DNA of 64,000 nucleotides from NCBI GenBank assembly GCA_963777605.1, contig CAVZRV010000007.1, positions 64,001 to 128,000 of the forward strand, given 5' to 3'. Shown here one piece after another: positions 40,173 through 50,032 of the stretch (position 1 is the stretch's first letter; every line of letters starts with the position of its first letter). Under the pieces are notes generated by a model. It was given only the letters and a program-made list of their open reading frames with translations, was not told the origin of the DNA and did no database searches. This DNA comes from an uncultured Acidobacteriota bacterium. Lineage in GTDB: Bacteria; Acidobacteriota; UBA6911; RPQK01; JAPXNP01. A program made the translations under genes and the position numbers.

Positions 40173-40488
40173 GAGGAATCGGGAATCGAGAAGCGCGCAT
40201 CGAGAACGGTCCATTACGGAAACTCTGCGTCCGTGGTTTTCGATGCGATCCTGGAGGCTTCGCATTCAGTACGCGAGGGACGCGAGCGCTTCTGCGGACG
40301 CTCTCAGGCCACCAGAAGTGATGCCGAAGGCCGAAACCGTTCGGATGGAGCCAAGATCCAAAATTGGCAATCGATGAACATTCCCAGACAGGCTTGCGTG
40401 CGTACTGAAATGCGGGCGAATCGCAATTGCCGACTGGGACTCGGCAAGTTTCACCTCTGTGAGTGGTCCGGCGGCGCCGGGGGCGGGG
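40173..40488 (-). repeat. Dispersed intergenic repeat, copy 2 (longer interior)
   Basis: Both ends match the ends of 30781-30945 in inverted orientation. Confidence 0.7.
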
Positions 40489-40493
40489 CTCAC

Positions 40494-40522
40494 TTGAAAC
40501 ACCCCCCACTCTCGGCTATAAT
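40494..40522 (+). promoter_or_regulatory. Sigma70 promoter of tRNA-Ile
   Basis: TTGAAA-N17-TATAAT, 14 nt upstream of the tRNA. Confidence 0.8.
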
Positions 40523-40536
40523 CCAGCCTTCTGCAT

Positions 40537-40613
40537 GGGCCTATAGCTCAGGTGGCTAGAGCGCGCGCCTGATAAGCGCGAGGTCGGTGGTTCAAGTCCA
40601 CCTAGGCCCACCA
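40537..40613 (+). tRNA. tRNA-Ile (GAT)
   Basis: Full cloverleaf: GGGCCTA/TAGGCCC acceptor stem, CGCGC-CTGATAA-GCGCG anticodon arm, GGTGG-TTCAAGT-CCACC T arm, encoded CCA. Confidence 0.97.
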
Positions 40614-40852
40614 TAATCTCCTTCCTGAATGAGACATTTTCAGAGATCAGCGATTCCTGTATGTGCCATCGTCGCTGGTGATTCCCGAAGCGATTTCGGA
40701 ACTACGGTCTCTGGTTAGAGAAGCGAATACCCAGGCCAGCTTCGCGGCCGTCATCTTGCTGGCCCTCTACCTGGGCCCGTCGGTGGAGCTGGAGGTGAGC
40801 GACGCATTGGTCACTCATCTCATCGATGACGTACAGAGGCTATTCTTTCCTG

Positions 40853-40881
40853 TTGACACTCTATATGAAGGCGAGTATATT
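40853..40881 (+). promoter_or_regulatory. Sigma70 promoter of the padR operon
   Basis: TTGACA-N17-TATATT. Confidence 0.7.
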
Positions 40882-40907
40882 TCTATTGGATAACAAGAGG
40901 AGACAGG

Positions 40908-41243
40908 ATGACCGAATCGAAAATCAACATTTTGCAGGGGACGCTGGATCTGCTGGTGCTCAAAACCCTCGAGTCCATGGGGACAATGCACGGCTGGGGA
41001 ATTGCCCGTCGCCTGGAGCAGGTGGCCGACGACCGGATCTTCCTCAATTACGGCACCCTCTACCCGGCACTGATCCGGCTTGAGCAGCGGGGCTGGATCG
41101 AATCGGAGTGGGGCACCTCGGAAAACAACCGCCGTGCCAAGTTCTACGCGCTCACGAAAGCCGGCCGTAAGCAGCTCGAGACCGAGCAGCAGAACTGGCA
41201 CGAGATGGCGAGCATCGTCGGCAAGGTGCTCGGCCAGGCTTAG
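40908..41243 (+). CDS. PadR-family regulator (acidobacterial type)
   Basis: QGTLDLLVLK, GTLYPAL, SENNRRAKFY. Confidence 0.93.
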   Translation: MTESKINILQGTLDLLVLKTLESMGTMHGWGIARRLEQVADDRIFLNYGTLYPALIRLEQRGWIESEWGTSENNRRAKFYALTKAGRKQLETEQQNWHEMASIVGKVLGQA

Positions 41244-41260
41244 GTGAGGAGAGATCATCA

Positions 41261-42517
41261 ATGACCGATCTTCCACGAACCGGATATGCCCGGCGGAAAA
41301 GGATTCGTCGAATCCTGATCGGCGCGATCCTCCTTTTGGGAGTGGCCGCCGCTACGTGGGGATTGTCCCGATTGAAACCGGCCGCCCCGACGGTGGATCG
41401 TTCGTCGGTCTGGCTGGGCGAGGTCGAAGCGGGGCCGATGTCGATCGAGGTGCGGGGGCCCGGAACCCTGGTCCCCGAGGAGATTCGATGGATTGCGGCT
41501 CCGGTTTCGGGACGGGTGGAAAGGATCAAGGTCCTGCCCGGAACGACGGTCGCGGCCGATTCCGTCCTGATGACGCTCGACAACCCGGAACTCCAGCAGG
41601 AGACCCTCAGTGCCGAACTTCAACTGCGCCAGGCCACGGCGGAACTGGAGGATTTGAAGGTGGAACTGGAGAGCGCACGGCTGACGCAGGAGGCCCAAAC
41701 TGCCGCTGTCTCCGCCGACTACCAGCAGTATCGACTCCAGGCCGACCTGAACCGGAAGCTGGCCCAGGAAGGGCTGATTTCCGATCTGACCCTCAAGCTC
41801 GCCGAGGTGACCACCGAGGAACTCTCCAAGCGGCACGCGATCGAACAGAAACGGCTCGAGATTGCCGGCGCGTCGGCCACGGCGCGGATCGCCGCCAAGG
41901 AGGCCCAGATCTCCCAGCTTCGCGGCCTGCTCGATCTCAAGCGACACCAGGTGGGACTGCTCCAGGTTCGTGCCGGGATCGCCGGCGTGCTGCAGCAGAC
42001 GCCGGTAGAGGTGGGACGACAGGTCCAGCCCGGAGAGATCCTGGGCAAGGTGGCGGTGCCGGGCAAGCTCAAGGCCGAGTTGCGCATCCCCGAGACCCAG
42101 GCCAAGGATGTCCAAATCGGTCTCGGTGCTTCGATCGACATTCGAAGTGGCGTGATCCCGGGAAAGGTCATCCGAATCGATCCCGCCGCCGAGGCGGGCA
42201 CGGTCAAGGTCGATGTGGCGCTTGCGGGCGAACTCCCCCCGGGGGCCCGTCCCGATCTCAACGTGGACGGAACCATCGAGATCGACCATTTGGACGACGT
42301 CGTGAAAATGGGACGCCCGGCCTTCGGACAGCCCGACAGCACGGTGACGCTGTTCAAGTTGGTCGGTGACGGCGAGGAAGCCGTCCGCGTCCAGGTCCGG
42401 CTGGGTCGAAGCTCCGTGACGACGATTCAGGTCCTGGAAGGGCTTCGCCCCGGCGACCAGGTTATCTTGTCGGACGTTTCAGCCTGGGACGACACTGACC
42501 GGATCCGGCTGAAGTAG
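41261..42517 (+). CDS. Efflux periplasmic adaptor (HlyD/MacA-like)
   Basis: N-terminal TM; VRGPGTLVPEE; coiled hairpin; EGLRPGDQVILSD. Confidence 0.9.
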   Translation: MTDLPRTGYARRKRIRRILIGAILLLGVAAATWGLSRLKPAAPTVDRSSVWLGEVEAGPMSIEVRGPGTLVPEEIRWIAAPVSGRVERIKVLPGTTVAADSVLMTLDNPELQQETLSAELQLRQATAELEDLKVELESARLTQEAQTAAVSADYQQYRLQADLNRKLAQEGLISDLTLKLAEVTTEELSKRHAIEQKRLEIAGASATARIAAKEAQISQLRGLLDLKRHQVGLLQVRAGIAGVLQQTPVEVGRQVQPGEILGKVAVPGKLKAELRIPETQAKDVQIGLGASIDIRSGVIPGKVIRIDPAAEAGTVKVDVALAGELPPGARPDLNVDGTIEIDHLDDVVKMGRPAFGQPDSTVTLFKLVGDGEEAVRVQVRLGRSSVTTIQVLEGLRPGDQVILSDVSAWDDTDRIRLK

Positions 42518-42549
42518 GCCGGGCAAGAGACCAAAGGAGTCACAACGAA

Positions 42550-43332
42550 ATGGATGCTTCAACGATTCCGGTGATTCGAATGGAAGACGTCGGCAAGATC
42601 TTCTACACCGACGAAGTAGAGACCCATGCCCTGTCGGGAGTCCATCTCACGATCCACCGCGGCGACTATGTTTCGATCGCCGGCCCCTCGGGCTGCGGCA
42701 AATCGACTCTGCTGTCGATCATGGGGCTGCTCGACATGCCGACCACCGGCAGCTACTTCCTGAACGAGTTGCCGGTCGAATCCCTGACGCCGTCCGAGCA
42801 GGCGCGGATCCGCAACCGTGAGATCGGCTTCATCTTTCAGAACTTCAACCTGATCGGCGACTTGACGGTCTACGAGAACGTGGAACTGCCGCTGACCTAT
42901 CGGGGCACCTCCGCCGCCCAGCGCAAGCGGGACGTAACCGAGGCGTTGGAACGGGTCGGGATGGCCCACCGGCTGCGCCACTACCCGGCCCAGCTCTCCG
43001 GGGGGCAGCAGCAGCGGGTCGCCGTCGCCCGGGCGCTGGCCGGCCGGCCCTCGATTCTGCTGGCCGATGAGCCGACGGGGAACCTGGACTCACAGAACGG
43101 CGGCGCCGTCATGGAACTTCTCGACGAGCTTTACCAGGACGGAGCCACCATCGCGATGGTGACCCACGATCCCCGCTACGCCGAACGCGCCCAACGCCAG
43201 ATCCATCTGTTCGACGGGACGATCGTCGATGAGGAGGCTTTTTCCCATCAGGGGCACCAATTCGGGGTCCGTCCCCAACCCTCGGGGTCTCAGCTGATGA
43301 TCGAGAAAAGGGAACGAGCCGACCATGTTTAG
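42550..43332 (+). CDS. ABC transporter ATP-binding protein (MacB/LolD-like)
   Basis: [28 protein letters not shown]. Confidence 0.95.
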   Translation: MDASTIPVIRMEDVGKIFYTDEVETHALSGVHLTIHRGDYVSIAGPSGCGKSTLLSIMGLLDMPTTGSYFLNELPVESLTPSEQARIRNREIGFIFQNFNLIGDLTVYENVELPLTYRGTSAAQRKRDVTEALERVGMAHRLRHYPAQLSGGQQQRVAVARALAGRPSILLADEPTGNLDSQNGGAVMELLDELYQDGATIAMVTHDPRYAERAQRQIHLFDGTIVDEEAFSHQGHQFGVRPQPSGSQLMIEKRERADHV

Positions 43333-45979
43333 AATCACAGCACTCCTGACACGGATCCGGAACCTGTTTCGAACCAGCGAAGCGGAGCGAGAACTGGACG
43401 AAGAACTTCAATTCCTCCTCGAACGAGAAGCCGACGAGAATCAACGCAATGGGATGGACTCGGCAGAAGCCCGGCGCAGAGCTCATCTGAAGATCGGTGG
43501 AGTGCAACAGGTAAGAGAGAAATGCCGAGATCAGAGAGGACTCCCCTGGCTCGAATTTGCTCTCCAGGATATTCATTTCGGCATCCGACAGCTGATTCGA
43601 AAACCAGGACTCCCGGCCTTAGTGATACTGCTCGTGGCTCTTGGAGTAGGGACTAGTACGGCTATCTTCAGCGTAGTGAAAGCTGTACTGCTGGATCCTT
43701 TGCCATACCCATCTCCCGGTCAGTTGACAATGCTTTGGGAGGCAGACCCGAGTCACACGAGGGTCCCATCTTCCGGTCCGGATTTTGCGGACTGCAGAAA
43801 ACAGAGCCAGACATTCGAAAGAATCGTGGCATACCGCCCAGTTGAGCTCAATCTCACCAGCGGTCAGGGCGATCCCGAGGTGGTTCAGGGAGCATTGACG
43901 AGTGTCGGCATGTTTGAACTGCTCCGGGTTCGTCCGGTGCTGGGAAGGTCCTTTACCGACGACGAAGAGGTTCCCGGCAAAGGTCAGGTGGCCATCATCA
44001 GCAACAGCTTGTGGCGAAGGCGTTTCGGAGCGGATCGGGATTTGCTGGGTCAGCCCATAACGATCGACGGAGCTTCCTATACCGTGATTGGGATCATGCC
44101 CCCCGGTTTCAGTCATCCAAGCCCCTGGACAATCGGCAGGAAAACCGAGGTCTGGAAACCACTGTCCCGGCTGGAGCTTTCTGGAGCAAATCGCCTCGCC
44201 CAGCGCTTCCTGGTGATGGGAAGGCTGAAGAACGGAGTCTCGATTGAGGCTGCACGGCAGGAAATGCTGGCGATCTCCAGAAGTCTCCAGGAACAATACC
44301 CGGATTCCTGGGGTGATGAGAAGCGAGTGGATGTAGTTCCGATGCAGGAGGACCTGGTGGGAGGGGTTTCGAAACAGGTCATGATTGTCCAAGGAGCCTC
44401 TGCAGTCATTCTCCTCATCGTCTGCCTTAACATCGCCAGCCTCTTAATGACCAGAGGTTCCACCCGGCGCCCAGAGATTGCTCTCAGGTCCGCACTCGGA
44501 GCCAGCCGACTCCGACTGATTCGACAGATGATTCTTGAAAATCTGCCCATGTCTTTGTTAGGCGGAGGCCTTGGAGTGATCCTGGCATTTTGGGAGATCA
44601 GCATTTTCCGCAAGATCGTTCCAGCGGACATTCCTCGAGTGGGGAACATTGAAATCGACAAATGGCTCCTGATATTTGCACTTGGGGTTTCTCTGCTCAC
44701 TGGATTGTTGTTCACTTTGGCCCCGGCTATCGTCTCAACAAATAGTGCTCTCAGCAGAACCCTGCCGAAAAGCCGCGGGACCACTCCATCCGGACCGGGA
44801 GTCCTGAGGAACCGTGCCATTATCCTATCGGTACAGTTTGCGCTGGCAATTGTCCTGGTCAACAGTGCTCTCCTGATGTTGAATAGCTATCAGCAAATGA
44901 GAAATATGGACCACGGCTTTAGTACGGAGAACGTACTGACCATAAGACTCAATCCCCAGGGGCGGAACTATGAGAACGACGAACAGTTGCATACTTTCTA
45001 CACCGAACTCCTCAGTGATATTGCGGCGCTCCCTGGAGTCAAACATTGCGGTGCCATCAGCAGGCTACCCTTTGATGGCGGAACAAGCTCAAATGTCACC
45101 CTGGAGGGCCGGGAAGCGGAAAAGGCCAAGCACGTCGAGATCAGGACGTCGACTGCTGGGTATTTTCAAGCCATGGGGATTACAGTCCGCGCCGGTCGCG
45201 ACTTCGTTGCCCAAGACAGCGCACCTTCTCAACCAGGGGTTATTGTCAACCACCGACTGGCGGAAGTCTGCTGGCCCGGGGTGGATCCAATTGGGCAACG
45301 GTTACGCTTCGGCGATCGACCATGGTTGACGGTAGTCGGAGTCGTAGAGGATACCCCGCAATGGGCCGAATGGGGCGCAATACCTGAAATCTACTTTCCG
45401 TATTTAAGTCCACCAAACATTGGGTTGGCTGCATTCGGCAGGGTTCACTACCTGGTGATCAATACAGAGATTGACCCGCGCAGCCTCGTCGGCCCGATCA
45501 GAGAAGAAGTCAAGCGCTTCGACAGTAACCTTCCGATCTCAGAGATTCGAACAACTGGGCAGCTCCTTAACGAGACTATGGAGCAGAGGAGTTTCCATAC
45601 CCTCCTTTTCGTACTGTTCGCGGCACTAGCCCTGATCCTGGTCGCAGCCGGAATCTATGCAACCACCTCCTATCATGTAGTCCAGGATTTTCATGAGATC
45701 GGTATCCGGATGGCCCTGGGTGCTGGCCGAAAGAGAATTCTGGTTGATGTGCTGAGCCGTGGTCTTAAGCAGGCCCTCGCAGGGACTGCTATCGGCCTGG
45801 TCGGAGTACTAGCCCTCAGCCGAGTTCTGGAGAACATGGTATACGGCATCAGCCCAACGGACCCTCTCGCTTTTGCTATGGTCTCCGGACTGTTGATTTT
45901 CATCGCCCTTGTCGCCTGCTCTATTCCTGCTAGAAGGGCAGCCCGAATTAGTCCCCTGGAGTCGCTGAGAAGTGAATAG
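43325..45979 (+). CDS. ADOP-type duplicated MacB/FtsX ABC permease
   Basis: ELDEELQF N-terminal domain; two FtsX halves (EIALRSALGA, EIGIRMALGA); PARRA C-terminus. Confidence 0.92.
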   Translation: MFRITALLTRIRNLFRTSEAERELDEELQFLLEREADENQRNGMDSAEARRRAHLKIGGVQQVREKCRDQRGLPWLEFALQDIHFGIRQLIRKPGLPALVILLVALGVGTSTAIFSVVKAVLLDPLPYPSPGQLTMLWEADPSHTRVPSSGPDFADCRKQSQTFERIVAYRPVELNLTSGQGDPEVVQGALTSVGMFELLRVRPVLGRSFTDDEEVPGKGQVAIISNSLWRRRFGADRDLLGQPITIDGASYTVIGIMPPGFSHPSPWTIGRKTEVWKPLSRLELSGANRLAQRFLVMGRLKNGVSIEAARQEMLAISRSLQEQYPDSWGDEKRVDVVPMQEDLVGGVSKQVMIVQGASAVILLIVCLNIASLLMTRGSTRRPEIALRSALGASRLRLIRQMILENLPMSLLGGGLGVILAFWEISIFRKIVPADIPRVGNIEIDKWLLIFALGVSLLTGLLFTLAPAIVSTNSALSRTLPKSRGTTPSGPGVLRNRAIILSVQFALAIVLVNSALLMLNSYQQMRNMDHGFSTENVLTIRLNPQGRNYENDEQLHTFYTELLSDIAALPGVKHCGAISRLPFDGGTSSNVTLEGREAEKAKHVEIRTSTAGYFQAMGITVRAGRDFVAQDSAPSQPGVIVNHRLAEVCWPGVDPIGQRLRFGDRPWLTVVGVVEDTPQWAEWGAIPEIYFPYLSPPNIGLAAFGRVHYLVINTEIDPRSLVGPIREEVKRFDSNLPISEIRTTGQLLNETMEQRSFHTLLFVLFAALALILVAAGIYATTSYHVVQDFHEIGIRMALGAGRKRILVDVLSRGLKQALAGTAIGLVGVLALSRVLENMVYGISPTDPLAFAMVSGLLIFIALVACSIPARRAARISPLESLRSE

Positions 45980-46088
45980 CACCACTTACGCTGAGGCCCG
46001 CGTAGCGAAGAGCCTTGCAAGTCTTTCTCCCTTCGCCATAGCCAAGCCTTAACAGTCGCCGAAAGCCGATCAACGGGGTGCCGTCCCC

Positions 46089-46118
46089 GGTACCCATCGG
46101 TACGCGTTGGTACGCATT
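46089..46118 (+). repeat. Three tandem 10-bp repeats GGTACSCRTY
   Basis: GGTACCCATC GGTACGCGTT GGTACGCATT, about 40 bp before the att copy. Confidence 0.65.
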
Positions 46119-46159
46119 GCGATCCCATAACTGATTTATTTTCATTATCTAATCTCTAA

Positions 46160-46204
46160 CTGATAAGCACGAGGTCGGTGGTTCAAGTCCACCTGGCCCA
46201 CCAT
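46160..46204 (+). repeat. Partial tRNA-Ile copy (att site)
   Basis: CTGATAAGCACGAGGTCGGTGGTTCAAGTCCACCT-GGCCCACCAT. Confidence 0.9.
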
Positions 46205-46279
46205 TAACCCCTGAAAGAACAGATATTTTCAAATTCGTGGGCGCTCCCCAAGCCTTTTCTGCCATCAACATTTGGGGCA

Positions 46280-47072
46280 CTATCGCAGAAGGGCCTCGAA
46301 CCGGGTTCCTCGGAGGCAGTCTTTGACCTCGCCGTAGTTCGCAATCAGTTCAGCATGGCCTTTCGTAACCAGTTTGCGCAGGTTCGACGTTGGGCACGGC
46401 GATTTGGCGGGTTAAATGCAGGAATTCACAGGCCGCTTCCGAATTCCTGTGCATCATCCAGAAGCCGTTCGTAGCGGATTTCCAGGCTGCGTACGGGCGA
46501 ACACCGAAGCAGGAGCTCTCGCGAATTGCATGTTTCTTCGGGATCGCTTCATATGCCGGAGCATCTCATCTGGGTTCACCAGGATCGGTCGATTGGGTGC
46601 TTCGGGTTCTCCCACCAGGCTGTGGACCGCCCGGGTCGAGAAGCGTAACTGTGATGACAGGTAGACATCGAGATGGTTCAGGCGAACGAGATGCACCACC
46701 GGCAGCGTGATGGCGGACGAGGTAGGCCCAGATCTCTGGATAGTTGAGCAGATTCGGGTACATCAGCTTGAAACCAACGGTTCCACGTTGCCCCATGATC
46801 CGATTCAGATACCGGAATGTCCGTAACGGCCGGATGGGCCACCAGGTTCGGTCAAGTTCGCAAAAGAGAGGAACGTCTCTGAAATGGGTGTCGAGGTAGG
46901 CTGCGGTGCCGGCAGTCATGAGGCGTTCCGACCGGGGCTTCCGCCCCGGAATGAACAGTTCGGCAAAAACTCTGGCGTCGGTCGCCAGGCGAAGCAGGTC
47001 GAGGAACCAGGTCGAGCCGCTTCTTGGAGCGGTCAGAACCACAAACCCCTTGAGAGCTTCTTCGCGACTCAT
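46280..47072 (-). pseudogene. Stf0-like sulfotransferase with about 4 frameshifts
   Basis: PRSGSTW PAPS motif and GFKLMY; VHLVRLNHL, EIRYERL and IANYGEV recovered by switching frames. Confidence 0.75.
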
Positions 47073-48325
47073 TTCCCCGCTTCTTGCCATGAAGGCGGAT
47101 ATTCAGAGGGACCTGGCCCGAACTCACCATCCCTCTTTCGGCCGGGATCTCCAACGATTGACGCGAATGTAGCCAAGTATCGGTGGATGGCCCGATCCAG
47201 CGAGTTGGCTTCAACTCGGCGGGCTGCCGCCCGGCCAATACTCATCCTCAATTCGGGGTTCCGGGCAGCGCGGACGGTCGTTCTGGCGAGGTCCGCGACA
47301 TCGCCCTTTCGGAACAGCAAACCGGTGACCCCGTCCTCGACCACTTCCCGGGCCGGGGCGATGTCGCTGGCGATGAGAAGGCGCGCGCTGGCCTGCGCTT
47401 CAAGGTAAACGCGCGACAGGCCTTCGGATTCGGACATGGAAACGATCATGTCCGCCATCTGCATGAGAGCCGGAATTCGAGAGTACTCAACCCATCCCAG
47501 AAACTGGAATCGAGGCATAAGCTTCCGACGCCGGCACTCCTCTTCCATCGCCGACCGAAAGGCGCCGTCCCCGGCCACGACATAGCGCAGGCTGGGCTCG
47601 GCTGCGAGAGCAATCTCCGCGGATCCGACCAGATCCAACGGTCTCTTGACTCCCTTAAGATTTGAAACGTGGAGCACCAGGGTTTCGCCGGGCTTTCGGC
47701 CGACGCGGGCCTCGAGTTCGGGATCTGAGCGGTCTGCGCCGAAGAGGCGAAGGTCGATCGCATTTGGGATGACCGAGAGATTGGCGAAGCCCAATCGCCG
47801 CAGCCCGGCCGCCATGTGCTCGGCAACGGAAACCATCAGGTCAACCCGACCAAACTCCCGGAGCAGTCGAACGCCGTGCTCTGGCGGGTAAGATCCATTG
47901 AGAATAGCTATGGTCGTGTTTCCGCGAATGCCCTGGATGCACGGAATCCGGTGCTCAACTGCCAGTGCGGGGACGTGCAGGCCAAAAGACTCTCTCCCAA
48001 TGATGACAAGGTCGGGCCGCTTGGCAGCAAACAGGCGCGGGAGGAGTTCCTCCAGGCAGGATCGCTCCAGTTCCAGGTAGTCGTCTGCGGCCGGGACGTT
48101 GGGTCCAGTGTAGTAGTGAGGAACAAGGAACCGGTGCAGTTCCAGCTCGGGGTGGGCGCGAGCGAACACGTCGCCGGCCGCCAGGGACTGCGCCGTAATC
48201 GGCGCGACCGCACGAATCCGGTGTCCTCGAGCTGCCAGGCCACGAAGCAACTGGCCCCAGGAAATGCCCGATCCCCCTGGATGCGGAGGAAGCATTCCGA
48301 CATAGAGAAGGTCGAAACATGACAT
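47069..48325 (-). CDS. Glycosyltransferase family 4
   Basis: IPNAID, KRPLDL, EGLSRVYLEA (EX7E) motif. Confidence 0.9.
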   Translation of the reverse strand: MSCFDLLYVGMLPPHPGGSGISWGQLLRGLAARGHRIRAVAPITAQSLAAGDVFARAHPELELHRFLVPHYYTGPNVPAADDYLELERSCLEELLPRLFAAKRPDLVIIGRESFGLHVPALAVEHRIPCIQGIRGNTTIAILNGSYPPEHGVRLLREFGRVDLMVSVAEHMAAGLRRLGFANLSVIPNAIDLRLFGADRSDPELEARVGRKPGETLVLHVSNLKGVKRPLDLVGSAEIALAAEPSLRYVVAGDGAFRSAMEEECRRRKLMPRFQFLGWVEYSRIPALMQMADMIVSMSESEGLSRVYLEAQASARLLIASDIAPAREVVEDGVTGLLFRKGDVADLARTTVRAARNPELRMSIGRAAARRVEANSLDRAIHRYLATFASIVGDPGRKRDGEFGPGPSEYPPSWQEAGK

Positions 48326-48468
48326 CCTGACAACCCTGCTCTCGACCCGAATCGCGCACTCAGACTTCAGCTGAACCCTGGAAATCGGGGCCAGTCTACT
48401 TCAGCTCCCTGAACACACGCAAAATGTTTCCCCCGGGTAAAGACTCTTACCTGCCGCAAAGGCAAGTC

Positions 48469-50032
48469 TCAGTTTCGAAAGGAACGGAAGGGCAGAAACT
48501 TTCCCCTGCTCGTCAGCACCGGAACCTGCCGCCTTACCTGAAGCGTTCCGAGCTGAGCCCACAGGTTGGTCTTGAACCGATAGTAACGTCTCAGGCCAGC
48601 CAGGTATTCGAGAAAAGCCTCAGTGACGGCCTGCTCGTCGAGGGGACCAACCCTCGGGTTGACCAGCAGAGCGTAACGACAGACTCCACTTGCGTCATCT
48701 TCCTCGATTAACTGGTAATCGGTCATCACTCCACCAAATCTTCCAGGCATCCTTTCCTGCAGTATCCTCACGATGTCAGGTCCGAAAAAGGTCATCCCGT
48801 CGCCAGTCACCTTGTCGAATCCCCGAATCGTGTGCAGATGCTGCCGGTATCCCAAGGCTCCGAACCGGCAATCGCAGGAGCGTTTTCCACAATCGCGTGA
48901 TCGCCGATTTCCGTATTCAGGAGGATCTTCGGGCAGGCGCTACGCAGCGCGGTAAGAAGCAGCGACCCGGCCGGCGTCCCCTCCGCCGAATGGCGCTGCC
49001 GCTGGATTACCGCGAAGGCGTCCTCGAAGAGGTGGACGTCATCGGAGCATGAAGGAGCCGCGCACTGGGCGCCGACCGTTCCACCTTCTGAAAACCCGTA
49101 GCTCTGTACTGCTCGGGCACCCGTGGATTCGATCGCCGAACGCATTTGGGCGGTGAGGGCCTCTCCCCGCAGTAGAAAGGTGCAGCCTTCGAGGGAGATT
49201 CCGCGCTTCTCCATGGCGTTGCAGATTCGCACCGCGGTGCTGGGATAGGTATTGAGGCAGGCTGCGCTGGCCATGGGCGAGCAGGCCGGCAAGAAACTCT
49301 CCAACCCTCCAGGCCTCTTCGACCGGTACCTTCGTGGGACGCTCGATCCCCAGGGCGCGCCGAACCAGGAAGTGAACAGCACCCGCGACGAACCGGTCCC
49401 TGAGAGTTGCCATATTTGCGATCGCAAACCACTTGCTGAGACCTTTTCCGAATCCAGCACAGCGCAGCAACCCGTTACAGATCCCCGGATGTGTGGGCGT
49501 GTAATACACCAGGGGAGCATCCATCAATCCGTGCTCGGCAAACCAGACCGCCCAATGAGGAACTGATTGCCGGATGTGTTCCAAGTCAACGACGACGCGA
49601 GTCGGTCTGCCCCGCGTGCCCCCGGAACTGCTTTGAAAATGTCGAGTAATCAGCGGGTTATCAAAATCAGACTCGCTAAACTCGAAACTCTGGCTTCCCC
49701 TGACCGCAGGGGAAAACCCCTTGAACTCTTCAAAACTGACGTAGATCCCGGCCTTCAGAGAGTTGATCGAGCGCACCCTCGGGACCGTCGCGGATAACCA
49801 TGGCCCGCACATCGCCAAACTCACAGCCCGCAAGCCGGAACAGCTTCAAATAGGGGCTTTGAGAGTTCCTAAAGACTGCCTGCTCGATAATCTGGAGTAG
49901 CGTCTCCCGCCTGAGTTGGAGTTGCCGGGCAATCCGCTGTTGCGCTGTGCCAACAGATATCGGCTCTTTCAGGAACCCAGTAAGGCCAAAGCCCAGCCGT
50001 GCCAACCCCCGGAGATTGGAGATTGCGTTCAT
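48469..50032 (-). pseudogene. Phenylacetate-CoA-ligase-like adenylate-forming protein with 3 frameshifts (near 49760, 49265, 48885)
   Basis: SSGGTRG P-loop, TYPS, GEAL, YGFSE, NTEIGD, KVTGDG, TSRGK spread over four frame segments. Confidence 0.72.

Larger units (their letters stand above)
40569..46204. mobile_element. tRNA-Ile-integrated islet bounded by att-like direct repeats, with no integrase
   Basis: tRNA 3' half (40569-40614) is repeated at 46160-46204 with 1 mismatch and 1 deletion. Confidence 0.75.

Noticed and set aside
46160-46204. Second tRNA gene
   Set aside because: Only the 3' half is present, with no D arm or 5' acceptor strand; treated as an att repeat
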